Positions 19,185-29,780 are shown, counted from the first letter of the stretch. The stretch: 64,000 bases of DNA from Atribacterota bacterium (GCA_040767965.1 JAXGNR010000007.1:64001-128000), one strand, 5' to 3'. Notes: generated by a model from the letters alone, not told the origin. Numbers and translations: made by a program.

Positions 19185-20687
19185 TTATGCCACTGCCATT
19201 TTTCTTCTTTTCAAATAATCAGAAATGTAAGGCCAGATTACCAGAATTACAGAAAAGATTACAATAGCCAGTGCTACCGGTCTTCCTGTTATTGCCATCA
19301 CATTGCCTCTGGCGGTATACATAGCCGTCCGGAAGTTTTTCTCAATCATCGGACCCAGGATATAACCCAGTACAATAGGAGGTACCGGTACATCACATTC
19401 AATCAGGAAATATCCGATTACACCGATTGCTACCAGCATCCATACATCAAAGACCCGGTTATTGGTACTGAAGGTACCGAAGATACAGCTAAGCAGGATT
19501 ACCGGGAACAGTAAAGATAATGGTACCCGGGATATTTTAACAAAAATGCGCATAAAGCCCAGCTCCATGATCATCATAAAGACATTGGCTAAAAAATAAG
19601 CTACCATAACTGCTCCTACCATTCTGGGGTAAGCAGTGAAAAACATGGGGCCAGGCTGAATGCCCTGGATCATCAGCCCACCGATTAAGACAGCTGTAAC
19701 GGTATCTCCAGGAACTCCAAGAGTTAAAAGAGGAATCAAAGCTCCACCGCAAACAGCATTATTGGATGTCTCAGAAGCTACTAAACCTTCTGGAGCTCCT
19801 GTGCCAAATTTTTCAGGCTGCTTGGATAACTGTCTGGCTCCATTGTAGGCTAACATAGTAGCTGTTCCCTGCCCTACTCCTGGCAGTATTCCCATTAAAG
19901 TTCCGTATAAGCATCCCAGAATAAAAGCAGGACCGGTCCCTTTTAAGACTTCTTTCGGTGGAATAAGTCTAATTTTATCCTTAATCTCCGTTGTCTCTCC
20001 GGTAGATCCGCTTTGCAGTCCGGAGTTAACCTGGGCAAGGATTTCTCTTACTGCAAAGATACCCATGGTTAAAGCAATGATGTGAATTCCTCCCTGCAGC
20101 TGCCAGGCACCAAAGGTCAGTCTGGTAACACCGGAAACTACATCAAAACCAACTGTCCCCAATATGATACCAATACAGGAGGCAGCAAGTCCTTTTACCG
20201 GGTTATTGCTGGTCATCATAACCACAACGCTCATACCCAGGATCATGATGGCAAAATATTCCCAGCTGCCGAACTTCAGAGCTACCTTGGATAACTGAGG
20301 AGCAATAAAGATCAGGGCAAAGGCTGAAAACATTCCTCCTACTCCTGAAGAGAACACTCCCAGTGATAAAGCAGTGCCGGGTAAACCCTTTTTAGTCATG
20401 GGATATCCGTCCCAGCAGGTTACAAAGGAAGAAGGTGTTCCGGGGATATTTAATAGCATGGCTGTAATAAGCCCTCCGCTGATACCTCCTACATAAATAC
20501 CAATCAGAATAGAAATACCCAGCTCCGGGGCCATTCCAAAAGTGAAGGGAATAATTAAAATTACTCCCAGTGTTGCTGTCAGCCCGGGAATACAGCCAAA
20601 GATGATGCCGAAAAGGACACCACTGGCTAATCCTATTAAAGGAATGGGGTCTGAAAAAAACTTCAAACCAAGAAGTATAATATCCAT
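19185..20687 (-). CDS. tctA: Tripartite tricarboxylate transporter TctA
   Basis: GCIPGL, NIPGTPSS...DGYPM, ETSNNA, LGVPGD motifs. Confidence 0.93.
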   Translation of the reverse strand: MDIILLGLKFFSDPIPLIGLASGVLFGIIFGCIPGLTATLGVILIIPFTFGMAPELGISILIGIYVGGISGGLITAMLLNIPGTPSSFVTCWDGYPMTKKGLPGTALSLGVFSSGVGGMFSAFALIFIAPQLSKVALKFGSWEYFAIMILGMSVVVMMTSNNPVKGLAASCIGIILGTVGFDVVSGVTRLTFGAWQLQGGIHIIALTMGIFAVREILAQVNSGLQSGSTGETTEIKDKIRLIPPKEVLKGTGPAFILGCLYGTLMGILPGVGQGTATMLAYNGARQLSKQPEKFGTGAPEGLVASETSNNAVCGGALIPLLTLGVPGDTVTAVLIGGLMIQGIQPGPMFFTAYPRMVGAVMVAYFLANVFMMIMELGFMRIFVKISRVPLSLLFPVILLSCIFGTFSTNNRVFDVWMLVAIGVIGYFLIECDVPVPPIVLGYILGPMIEKNFRTAMYTARGNVMAITGRPVALAIVIFSVILVIWPYISDYLKRRKMAVA

Positions 20688-20774
20688 ATCTAGTACTTTC
20701 CTCCAATTTTAATTAAAAATATTTAGCATAATTACTCTTCAAACCAATAAGCATGTCATTACAGTACAGGCAAA

Positions 20775-21296
20775 TCAGAAGCCGAAAAAGCCCATGGGTA
20801 AAGTCACATTCAGTAAATTTACAAATACCACGTTGAGGAATATCAAAGAAGAAATGGAGATGATAAAGGCTTTTAAGAGAATATTGTTAAATTTCTTCTT
20901 ATCTTTGGTGGTGACTCTTTCTTCGTGCATTTGTAAATAAGTGATAAAGAACATCAGTAGCAGGAAACTGCTGACATTAAATCCTACTGTTCTTAAAATT
21001 GCTATGTAGATGAGCAAGGCTACCATCAAAAAGAATACTTCTTTTGAGATGAGCTTATGCGGAACAGCTTGTTCTTCTGCCTTCTTTTTTGCCGGCCTAA
21101 AAGAGCTGATGAGAAGTAAAACAGAAAAGAACAATAAGGCATAAATAAAGATTGTTATAAAGCCTCTCGGGCTGGCGGCTCCCCCGACCATCCTGTCAAG
21201 AGGGCCGTCTGGAATTCTGTTGGTTTCAAATAATAATATGACACTGGAAACTAATAGGATAATACCTAATATTAAATCACGTCTTTTAATCTTCAC
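20775..21296 (-). CDS. tctB: Tripartite tricarboxylate transporter TctB
   Basis: 4-TM protein between tctC and tctA; C-terminal FVNLLNVTLPMG; GTG start with GGAGGA SD. Confidence 0.85.
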   Translation of the reverse strand: MKIKRRDLILGIILLVSSVILLFETNRIPDGPLDRMVGGAASPRGFITIFIYALLFFSVLLLISSFRPAKKKAEEQAVPHKLISKEVFFLMVALLIYIAILRTVGFNVSSFLLLMFFITYLQMHEERVTTKDKKKFNNILLKAFIISISSLIFLNVVFVNLLNVTLPMGFFGF

Positions 21297-21347
21297 TCAG
21301 TTCATCCTCCCTATATTGGAAACTGCCTTTTGTGTTGGTAATAGAGA

Positions 21348-21394
21348 TAGTATCAGATACCTGGCAACTTTTTATTGTCAGGTATCTGATACTA
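21348..21394 (-). other. Intercistronic stem-loop between tctC and tctB (cluster 2)
   Basis: TAGTATCAGATACCTGGCAA...TTGTCAGGTATCTGATACTA near-perfect 20-bp stem. Confidence 0.8.
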
Positions 21395-21473
21395 AGTTAA
21401 TTCTTAATTTGATGATTAACAAGTTTGTTTACATTACAGCATTTTTCTTATAATATCTTTATAAAATATTATT

Positions 21474-22439
21474 TTATTCAAAATATTTTTTATATGCTGC
21501 TTCTAGTCTACTGGCAACTTCTTTTGCCTGAGCAGTTGCTTCTTCAGGACCCATAAAATCAACACCATAGTTGACAGCAGCCATATCAGCGATGAAATCT
21601 TCGTTATTGGCTACTTCTTCAAATTTGGATGCCAGATAATCAACTATTTCTTTGGGGGTTCCTGGGGGAGCAAAGTATGCTCTTTGAGCTCCTGGAGTAA
21701 TACCAAATTCTGGAATTCCTGCTTCAGTAGGAGTTAATACGCCTTCCTGAATAAATGGAGATTTTCTATCACTTGTATATAAAACTGGAATTGCATCTCC
21801 GGAACGCAGCAGTTCGCGCATGTCAGAAACACTGCCGCTGGCTAATTCAATATGTCCTCCTAATAAAGATACACGGGCATTGGCTCCACCGTCATAAGGA
21901 ACAATCTGGAAATCAAAGCCATACAGGTCATTTAAGGTCATAATAGCAGCTACAGATGGTGTTCTTAATCCTTCAGTACCCCAGGATACTTTACCAGGAT
22001 TTGCTTTGGCAAATTCTGCTACATCTTCCCAGTTTTTCCAGCCGGTTCCTGGATGGGTAATTACTACTGCATTGTCCAGTACCATATTGCAAATTATTTC
22101 AAATTCTTCCCATAATCTTATATTTGTTCCACCAGATAAGAATTGACCGATTAAGTTATCGGTGTTGTGGCCTAAGATGGTATATCCGTCTGGTGTTTCT
22201 CTATATGTTTCCATTGCTCCGATTTGACCGGAGGCACCAGGAATGTAGACAGGAACAAGAGGTTGGCCGTCAAGATCTAGATATTTTTCTATAGTTCTGG
22301 TCAATAAGTCAGTTCCGCCGCCTGGATTAAAGGGAACAACAGATCTGATAGGGCGTTCCGGGTATGCTGCCATAGATGTTGCGGCAAAAGAAAACACCAT
22401 TATCATTATTAAACTTAAAACAATTAAATATTTCTTCAT
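21474..22439 (-). CDS. tctC: TctC substrate-binding protein
   Basis: Signal peptide; YPERPI...PFNPGGGTDLLTR, PDGYT, VPYDGG, LLGGHI. Confidence 0.93.
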   Translation of the reverse strand: MKKYLIVLSLIMIMVFSFAATSMAAYPERPIRSVVPFNPGGGTDLLTRTIEKYLDLDGQPLVPVYIPGASGQIGAMETYRETPDGYTILGHNTDNLIGQFLSGGTNIRLWEEFEIICNMVLDNAVVITHPGTGWKNWEDVAEFAKANPGKVSWGTEGLRTPSVAAIMTLNDLYGFDFQIVPYDGGANARVSLLGGHIELASGSVSDMRELLRSGDAIPVLYTSDRKSPFIQEGVLTPTEAGIPEFGITPGAQRAYFAPPGTPKEIVDYLASKFEEVANNEDFIADMAAVNYGVDFMGPEEATAQAKEVASRLEAAYKKYFE

Positions 22440-22618
22440 TTTATTCTGCTCTCCTTAATACCTTTTATAAATTATTGTGACTTAAATTACTTATTTGACA
22501 AATTATGAAAATTAAAATTAGTATTAACTAACAATATTTTATAATTTACTTTCACCCCCCCTCTTGCATCTATTATTACCAGCTGCAATCTGCAGGCAGA
22601 ATATCTTTTAAGTCTTTG

Positions 22619-23341
22619 TTATTTCTTAGCTCCATATGATTTACCGCCAAAGATAGCTCTTATTTCAGCAGCTGTTTTGGCTTTGGAGAGGGCGGACATG
22701 CGTTCTGTTTCTTCTTTCTGGAGTAATTCCAGGTTTTTGACCACCTGCTCTAATTTGTCTGCAGGGAATTTGCAGGCACCGTTTTCATCCATGTGGATGA
22801 TTTCTCCCGGGGCTACATCCATACCGCCTACAGAAACCGGAACATTAACAGCATGAACTGCCATATCACCATGGCCTGCAGTTACTCCTGTTAACATGTA
22901 CTGGAAGCCCATGGGACGGATTTCATCGATATCACGGGATGGGCCATCAGAGACTACTCCCAAACAACCGATAGATTTTAAGGCAGTGGTCATGTTTCCG
23001 CCAGAGAGACCTACTTTACCGGCTATTTCAGGCGGGAAGGCTTGTTTGAGTATTAAAATGGTTGGTTGGGGGGATTGTTCTAAGGCATCAATGACATCCA
23101 TGAAGGACAATTTGGAGTAGTTGGGATCTGGCAGACCAAAGACACAGGTGACTGCATAACCGGCCAGGCGTCCTAATTCAGGGTACATGCAGCGGATGGT
23201 CTGATCAGTGTACCAGTTCTGGTTCCAGGGATTGTACAGACCCAGGCATAAGGGGTTTTTCGGGTAAGTGGCAACTACGTTAGTGACTGAAGGGGTGTCA
23301 TGATTTTTCAGCTTTTCCAATAATTCTCTTTCTTTTGACAT
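22619..23341 (-). CDS. RraA/HMG-CHA aldolase family protein (divergent subfamily)
   Basis: DTPSVTN, GYAVT, GGNM, SDGPSRDIDE, VAPGEIIHMDENG. Confidence 0.85.
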   Translation of the reverse strand: MSKERELLEKLKNHDTPSVTNVVATYPKNPLCLGLYNPWNQNWYTDQTIRCMYPELGRLAGYAVTCVFGLPDPNYSKLSFMDVIDALEQSPQPTILILKQAFPPEIAGKVGLSGGNMTTALKSIGCLGVVSDGPSRDIDEIRPMGFQYMLTGVTAGHGDMAVHAVNVPVSVGGMDVAPGEIIHMDENGACKFPADKLEQVVKNLELLQKEETERMSALSKAKTAAEIRAIFGGKSYGAKK

Positions 23342-23380
23342 TTCTTTTTTCTCTCCTTTTGTTTTTGTTGGTTTTAGGTG

Positions 23381-23422
23381 AAATCAGACTAATATTTTTT
23401 GATATGGATATTAGTCTGATTT
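23381..23422. other. Intercistronic hairpin between the Ldh_2 gene and the RraA-family gene
   Basis: AAATCAGACTAATAT...ATATTAGTCTGATTT inverted repeat. Confidence 0.6.
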
Positions 23423-23460
23423 TTATTTTTATAATTATCTCTTATTTTTTATACTATCAG

Positions 23461-24519
23461 CTATAATGCTGCATCAAACTCTACATCAAATTCTTCAGAA
23501 AGCTCTTCCAGAGATTCAATAACAGCTACATCTAAAGGAATACCGTTTGCTGTTCTTTCTTTTTCAATTTCTTCTTCGAAACCACCGGCAGCATATACTT
23601 TTTTGTTGCCTGGTAGTGGTTCTAAGTTTTCTATAGAATCAATCAGTTCATCCATTTGTTGTTTAAATTCAGCAACCGGGCGGAAACCATTTATATCGAT
23701 AGCTGCAAAGAAATGATTTGCAGTGGAGTTAATAGGAGCACCAGAAATTAATGTACACAAAATATCAGTGAAAACTGATAACCCAAAGCCCTTAAATCCA
23801 CCGGTATGAGGTAATCCACCAAGAGGAAGTATACCTCCTTTAAAATTGCTATCTTTAGGATTAATTTTTGCAGTATCGGTAATTGGCTTGCCATTTTCAT
23901 CTACAACCCAACCTTCTGGAATGGACTTTCCCTGTCTTTTGGCAATTTCGATTTTACCAAAGGCAACAACACTGGTGGACATATCAAGGACAAAAGGATG
24001 TCTTTCATTGGCAGGAACAGCTATAGATACCGGGTTTAAGCCACCTGCTCTTCCCTTACTGCCAGGTGCCATCATTATTCTTCCTCCGGCGGTCATTGAA
24101 ATACCAATCATATCGTGCTCAAGGGCCATCATGGCATAATAAGCTGCTGCTCCAAAATGAGAACTATTGTTAACTGAAACAAATCCTGCACCTGATTCTT
24201 TTGCTCTTTTTATAGCTTCTTCCATAGCATTATAGCCTGCAACAAAACCAAGACCAGAACCACCATCAAGAATAGCTGATGTTGCTGAATTGCTAGACCA
24301 TTTCAACTCTGGTTTAGGAGTAACTTTTCCTTCTTTAATCCAGGTGACATAAAATGGATTTAAGTGAGCTACACCGTGGGATTCAACTCCTCTTATATCA
24401 GTATGAACTAGTATTTTTGCAGTAATATCAGCATCTTTTTGGGGAACACCTAATTTTTGCAGGACTTCTGATGAAAATACTTCCAATTTTTTCGGATCAA
24501 AACGCTTTCTATTATCCAT
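23461..24519 (-). CDS. Ldh_2-family oxidoreductase (malate/L-lactate/ureidoglycolate/sulfolactate dehydrogenase family)
   Basis: DIRGVESHG, NSSHFGAAAYY, NP.SIAVP, LDMSTS, LPLGG...KGFGL; ATG 24519 fits the SD better than TTG 24528. Confidence 0.9.
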   Translation of the reverse strand: MDNRKRFDPKKLEVFSSEVLQKLGVPQKDADITAKILVHTDIRGVESHGVAHLNPFYVTWIKEGKVTPKPELKWSSNSATSAILDGGSGLGFVAGYNAMEEAIKRAKESGAGFVSVNNSSHFGAAAYYAMMALEHDMIGISMTAGGRIMMAPGSKGRAGGLNPVSIAVPANERHPFVLDMSTSVVAFGKIEIAKRQGKSIPEGWVVDENGKPITDTAKINPKDSNFKGGILPLGGLPHTGGFKGFGLSVFTDILCTLISGAPINSTANHFFAAIDINGFRPVAEFKQQMDELIDSIENLEPLPGNKKVYAAGGFEEEIEKERTANGIPLDVAVIESLEELSEEFDVEFDAAL

Positions 24520-24914
24520 ATGTAACAAATCTCCTTATATTATTGTTTTTTATATTTACTATATTTTTGTATTATAATATAGTATATTGATTAACACTTT
24601 AAAACAAAATTGGAATAAATTTTTCTTAGTTTTTATTGCTTTTTAGATCATGGGTTATCGCATATCTTACTATAAATTGTTTTATAAAATGATAAATTTT
24701 TTATTGAAATATTTTGGAATATATCAAGCTTTATAGCCAGGATTAATTAGGAGCTATTGCAGATATTTCAAAAATTTCTATTTCCAAATACATCCAAAAG
24801 CATAGTATCATAACTAAAAAAAGTAGTCAAATTAATTGGGCTAGACCAGTTAAAAATTATGAACTACAACTACAATAAAAACAATTTATTATTTTTCTTT
24901 TTTTCTTGAAATTA

Positions 24915-25661
24915 TTAATCCATAGACAGTCCACCATTAATACTGATGCTTTCTCCGGTGATATAATCAGATAGATTAGAGGCTAAAAATAATGCAAGAT
25001 GAGCAACCTCTTCTGGCTTCCCAAAACGTCCCAAAGGAATTCTTTCGATGGATTTTTGTCTTCGTTCTACAGGCCATTCTTCTGTTAAATCAGTTTCAAT
25101 CGGGCCTGGACAAATTGCATTAACATTAATTCCATAAGATCCTAGCTCTGTTGCTAAATGCCTTGTTAAATACACTACTCCAGCCTTTGAGGCTCCATAG
25201 CTGGGAGAAGCTCCCAGATGAGCATTTTTAGCCGCCCCTGAAGCAATGCTTATTATCTTACCAGACTGTTGTTTTTTTAATATAGGCATGGCTAGCTTAC
25301 ATAAATATAATGTACCATTCAAGTTAACATCAAGCACTCTTTGCCAATCCTGTAAACTCATTACTTCAGTTGTTTCTCTTCTTACTATTCCTGCATTGTT
25401 CACTATTATGTCAATTTTGTTATTCAAATTTAAAGCGGCTTCTATCAATTTTTCAGCTGTTTCTGGAATAGAGATATCTCCAATCACTACTGAATGTTTT
25501 ACATTTGCATAGCTTAAGTCTTCTTTTACTTTATTCAACAATTCGCTTTTGGTTCCTCCTAAAACTAATGAAGCACCATTTTTTGCAAATTCTTCTGCTA
25601 TAGCCTTTCCTATTCCTTTTGTTGCTCCTGTAATTATAGCAACCTTGTCTCTTAATAGCAT
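24915..25661 (-). CDS. Short-chain dehydrogenase/reductase (FabG-like)
   Basis: TGATKGIG, NNAG, YGASK, ICPGPIET. Confidence 0.92.
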   Translation of the reverse strand: MLLRDKVAIITGATKGIGKAIAEEFAKNGASLVLGGTKSELLNKVKEDLSYANVKHSVVIGDISIPETAEKLIEAALNLNNKIDIIVNNAGIVRRETTEVMSLQDWQRVLDVNLNGTLYLCKLAMPILKKQQSGKIISIASGAAKNAHLGASPSYGASKAGVVYLTRHLATELGSYGINVNAICPGPIETDLTEEWPVERRQKSIERIPLGRFGKPEEVAHLALFLASNLSDYITGESISINGGLSMD

Positions 25662-25746
25662 ATTTTAACTCCTTTTGATTATATTATTTTTATTAGATTT
25701 AGAATAATATTCAATTCATATCACAAAATTTTTTTAATTTAAAAAA

Positions 25747-25775
25747 ATTGTAACAATGTTTATTCTGGAAGTCAA
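25747..25775 (-). promoter_or_regulatory. Sigma-70 promoter for the SDR gene
   Basis: TTGACT-N17-TACAAT with extended TGn on the minus strand. Confidence 0.65.
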
Positions 25776-25812
25776 TTTACAAAACAAACAGCAATAAAGC
25801 TATTCTATTAAT

Positions 25813-25842
25813 TTGACAATTTAAGGTTTTAAGTTGTATAAA
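25813..25842 (+). promoter_or_regulatory. Sigma-70 promoter for the amidohydrolase
   Basis: TTGACA-N18-TATAAA. Confidence 0.55.
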
Positions 25843-26003
25843 TTATTATAAAATTTCAATTATAATTAATTATTACTTTATTCTGAAAATATAAAAAATT
25901 TAGAGCGTTTTTTATATTTTATGTAAAATTAAATATAGTAATTTAAAATAATAACTTGAGGTTCTGATATTTAAATATAATTAAATTAAAGGCAGGTAAT
26001 AAA

Positions 26004-27416
26004 ATGACCAATAAGAATAGTATTTATCAGTGGATCGATAAGCAGGAAAGTTTTTTGGTTGATATGGCTAAAAGAATTTGGGAAAAACCAGAGGCAGGAT
26101 TAGAAGAAAAATTTGCTACCACATTACAGGTCAATGTTTTAAAAGAAGCAGGATTTAAAATAAAAGAAAATATCGGTGGTATGCCAACTGCTTTTGTAGC
26201 TGAATATGGAAATGGCAATCCAATTTTAGGCATATTGGGAGAATATGACGCTTTACCTGGATTATCACAAAAAATTATCAGCAAACAAGAACCTGTTCAT
26301 GAAGGAGATCCGGGACATGGGTGTGGACATAATTTATTGGGAACTGCTGGAATCGGAGCTGTTCTGGCAATAAAGAAATTAATTGATGAAAATAAAATAA
26401 AAGGCACTATTCGTTATTACGGATGTCCGGCAGAAGAAACCTTAGTTGGTAAAGTATTTATGGCTAGAGATGGTGTTTTTGATGACCTGGATTCTTGTTT
26501 AACATGGCATCCTGGTCGATTAAACCAGGTTTGGGCTTCCAGCTCTCTGGCTATGAATTCCATAAGCTTCATTTTTAGGGGAAAAGCCGCTCATGCAGCA
26601 GCCCAGCCAGATATGGGTAGAAGCGCATTAGATGCAGTGGAATTGATGGATATCGGAGCAAATTATCTTAGAGAACATATAAGTGATTCAGCAAGAATAC
26701 ATTATTCAATAACTAATGGCGGGGGAGAGCCCAATATAGTTCCTGATAAGGCCTCAGTTTGGTACTATATAAGAGCACCAAAAAGAGCTGAAGTTGAAGA
26801 AATCACGGAACGGATAAAAAAGATTGCTGAAGGGGCAACTCTGATGACAGAAACTACTGTGGATTGGACTTTTTTATCTGCCTGTTATGAAGTTTTACCA
26901 AATGATATATTAGGAGATGTTATATTTAAAAATATGAAAGCAATTCAACCTCCTAAATTTTCAAAAGAAGACCATGATCTTGCTCAGCAATTAGAAAAAA
27001 CCTTTCTGAAAGGTCAAAAAGAGAAAATTAACCAAAAAGTCCCTTCTGCTATTCTAAAGCATGTTTTACATGAAGATGTTGTAGAAACATATGATAATGA
27101 TTCTGTTTTAGCAGGATCTACTGATGTAGGAGATGTAAGTCAAATAACCCCAACTGCCCAATTTAATACAGCAACCTGGCCTATAGGCACTGCAGGACAT
27201 TCGTGGCAGGCAACTGTAGCAAGTGGATCAGAAATAGGCTATAAAGCTATGTTATATGCCACAAAAATTCTTGCAGGCTCTATGGTAGATCTCTATTTAA
27301 ATGAAAAAATAATTCAAGACGCTAAAAAAGAATTTATCCAGAAAACTGAAGGTAATAAATATATTTTCCCATTGCCTGAAGATGCAAAACCACCATTTGA
27401 TCAATTCAAACATTAA
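26004..27416 (+). CDS. M20-family amidohydrolase, AbgB-like (p-aminobenzoyl-glutamate hydrolase subunit B family)
   Basis: GEYDALPGLSQ, GHGCGHNLLG, GCPAEE, WHP, GRSALDAVELM, GSTDVGDVS, HSWQ. Confidence 0.9.
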   Translation: MTNKNSIYQWIDKQESFLVDMAKRIWEKPEAGLEEKFATTLQVNVLKEAGFKIKENIGGMPTAFVAEYGNGNPILGILGEYDALPGLSQKIISKQEPVHEGDPGHGCGHNLLGTAGIGAVLAIKKLIDENKIKGTIRYYGCPAEETLVGKVFMARDGVFDDLDSCLTWHPGRLNQVWASSSLAMNSISFIFRGKAAHAAAQPDMGRSALDAVELMDIGANYLREHISDSARIHYSITNGGGEPNIVPDKASVWYYIRAPKRAEVEEITERIKKIAEGATLMTETTVDWTFLSACYEVLPNDILGDVIFKNMKAIQPPKFSKEDHDLAQQLEKTFLKGQKEKINQKVPSAILKHVLHEDVVETYDNDSVLAGSTDVGDVSQITPTAQFNTATWPIGTAGHSWQATVASGSEIGYKAMLYATKILAGSMVDLYLNEKIIQDAKKEFIQKTEGNKYIFPLPEDAKPPFDQFKH

Positions 27417-27430
27417 TATACAGGTAAAAT

Positions 27431-27476
27431 TATAAAAAAAGACGGTCTCCTCAATAAGGAGCCGTCTTTTTTTATA
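27431..27476. terminator. Bidirectional intrinsic terminator between convergent genes
   Basis: AAAAAAAGACGG-TCTCCT...AGGAG-CCGTCTTTTTTT hairpin flanked by A and T tracts. Confidence 0.8.
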
Positions 27477-27509
27477 AAATAATCCTGATAAATGAAACGA
27501 TTTAGTTAA

Positions 27510-29036
27510 TTAACTTATTGCCTTTTTCCCAAAAAATCTATTTTTTATAATAGAAATATATGGCATTAAGGTTAAAAAAACTGCTAGCAATAAAATTGCA
27601 ATTGCTACCGGGCGATTAAAGATATCTTTTATATCTCCATAAGAGGCATACATAGCTGTTCTAAACGTTCTTTCAATCATTTGACCTAATACATATCCTA
27701 AAATCAAAGGAGGCATAGGGACATTAACTTCAGTTAGCAAATATCCTATTATACCAAATATTGCTAATATCCAGAGATCAAAAACTCTATTATTAAGAGC
27801 ATATACCCCCAAGACACATGTAATTAAGATTATTGGGAAAAGGATTGATAAAGGCGCTTTGGATATTTTTACAAATATTCTCATAAAACCAAGTTCTAAA
27901 ATAAACATTATTATATTTGATAATAAATATGCAACCATGATAGTGCCAACTACTCCCGGGTTATCCCGAAAGAGTAATGGACCAGGCTTTATGCCCTGGA
28001 TCATCAAACCGCCAATTAAGACTGCTGTTACCATATCCCCAGGAATACCCAGAGTTAGCAATGGTATCAGGGCACCGCCATTTACAGCATTATTAGCAGT
28101 CTCAGAGGCAACAATTCCTTCCGATATTCCTGTCCCATATTTTTCCGGGTGTTTTGAAAACTGTCTCGAACTGTTATAAGCCAGCATACCTGCTGTAGTC
28201 TGGCCAACCCCGGGTAGCATACCGATAATTGTGCCATAAATTGATCCAAGGATAAAAGCAATACTGGTACCTTTTAGTGCTTCAAGTGGTGGGAAAATAG
28301 GTATTTTATCTTTAACATCTCCTTTTTTCATGACAGGATCACTTTTACCAAAACCTTTTACTTGGGTGAAAATTTCCCTAACTGCAAAAAAGGCCATGGA
28401 AATTGCCACTACATTCATTCCTGCCTGAAGCTGCCAAAAACCAAAAGTTAATCTGGACACTCCGGAAATAACATCTATCCCTATTGCTCCAATCCCAATG
28501 CCAATTAAGGCAGCTATTAATCCTTTTAAAGGATTATCACTGGTCATCATCACAACTACACTCATTCCCAGTACCATAATAGCTAAATATTCCCAGCTGC
28601 CAAAACTTAGAGCAATTTTTGATAGAGGCGGTGCAATAAATATCAGTGCAAGTGCTGAAAAACTACCTCCTAGAGCTGAAGAAAAAACACCTATAGATAA
28701 TGCCTGGCCAGGCAATCCTCGTTTAGAAGCCATTGGATAACCATCCCAGCAGGTAACCATTGAAGAGGGAGTACCTGGTATATTCAGTAAAATAGCGGTA
28801 ATCAACCCTCCGCTTATTCCTCCTACATATATTCCGATTAAGAGAGCTAATCCCAATTCTGCCGCCATGACATAAGTAAAGGGAATTAGCAAAACTATGC
28901 CAAGAGTAGCTGTAAGACCCGGAATACAACCAAATATTATGCCAAACAATACTCCAAAAACCAGGAGTGGCAAAGTTGCCGGCTCTGTAATAAAAAATCT
29001 AAATCCTTGTATTAAAACTTCCAAAAATATCACCAT
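27510..29036 (-). CDS. tctA: Tripartite tricarboxylate transporter TctA
   Basis: GCIPGL, NIPGTPSS...DGYPM, ETANNA, LGIPGD; close paralog of 19185-20687. Confidence 0.93.
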   Translation of the reverse strand: MVIFLEVLIQGFRFFITEPATLPLLVFGVLFGIIFGCIPGLTATLGIVLLIPFTYVMAAELGLALLIGIYVGGISGGLITAILLNIPGTPSSMVTCWDGYPMASKRGLPGQALSIGVFSSALGGSFSALALIFIAPPLSKIALSFGSWEYLAIMVLGMSVVVMMTSDNPLKGLIAALIGIGIGAIGIDVISGVSRLTFGFWQLQAGMNVVAISMAFFAVREIFTQVKGFGKSDPVMKKGDVKDKIPIFPPLEALKGTSIAFILGSIYGTIIGMLPGVGQTTAGMLAYNSSRQFSKHPEKYGTGISEGIVASETANNAVNGGALIPLLTLGIPGDMVTAVLIGGLMIQGIKPGPLLFRDNPGVVGTIMVAYLLSNIIMFILELGFMRIFVKISKAPLSILFPIILITCVLGVYALNNRVFDLWILAIFGIIGYLLTEVNVPMPPLILGYVLGQMIERTFRTAMYASYGDIKDIFNRPVAIAILLLAVFLTLMPYISIIKNRFFGKKAIS

Positions 29037-29049
29037 CCCTTACAAAATA

Positions 29050-29601
29050 TTAAAATCCAAATATGCCCTTAGGAAGACTTACTCCTAGTAGTCTTACAAA
29101 TATTTGCTGTAATACAAATAAACTGATTACAGAGATAATAATCATATTTAAAACTATTTTTCGGACTTTTTCTTTATCTTTGATATTTATACTTTTTTCT
29201 TTAGCATAATACATGGTCATAAATGTGACTAATAAAATAAAACTATTAATAAAAAAGCCAAATGTCTCCATAGTAGCCACATATGCAACAAATACCACCA
29301 TAGATATCAAAACTTCTTTAGGCAGCATAACTTTTTCTTTATCAATCTGCTCTTTTTCTTCACTGATTTCACTTTTAAGAGGTCTGAAAAATCTTACAAT
29401 AGATTGTATTATGAGCATTCCAGACAAAATCATAAGACCAGATCCAATAATAGTAATAAAGCCTTTGGGACTTGCAATAAACCCTATTTGCTGGTCCAGT
29501 ATGCCTACCTGGATATTTCTAGTATCAAACATTATAAAAATACTTATAATTAATACTATAATGCCTAATATTAAATCATATAGGTTATTCCTTTTTAACA
29601 C
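29050..29601 (-). CDS. tctB: Tripartite tricarboxylate transporter TctB
   Basis: 4-TM protein, C-terminal FVRLLGVSLPKGIFGF; GTG 29601 follows a GGAGG SD (ORF track starts at 29637). Confidence 0.83.
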   Translation of the reverse strand: MLKRNNLYDLILGIIVLIISIFIMFDTRNIQVGILDQQIGFIASPKGFITIIGSGLMILSGMLIIQSIVRFFRPLKSEISEEKEQIDKEKVMLPKEVLISMVVFVAYVATMETFGFFINSFILLVTFMTMYYAKEKSINIKDKEKVRKIVLNMIIISVISLFVLQQIFVRLLGVSLPKGIFGF

Positions 29602-29730
29602 TTCGGCCTCCAATGTCTTTAACGATATATTTAACAATTCAAATTTAAATTTATATTACCTGTTAATTCCTTAACTAGATTGTTTATATTATTTTGAATA
29701 AAATATTATTTTATAAAAACTATCAATCAC

Positions 29731-29772
29731 AAAAATAAGAGCGTTACTTTAAAAAGTAACGCTCTTATTTTT
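29731..29772 (-). terminator. Intercistronic hairpin/partial terminator between tctC and tctB (cluster 3)
   Basis: AAAAATAAGAGCGTTACTTT...AAAGTAACGCTCTTATTTTT perfect inverted repeat. Confidence 0.75.
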
Positions 29773-29780
29773 TTCATTTT

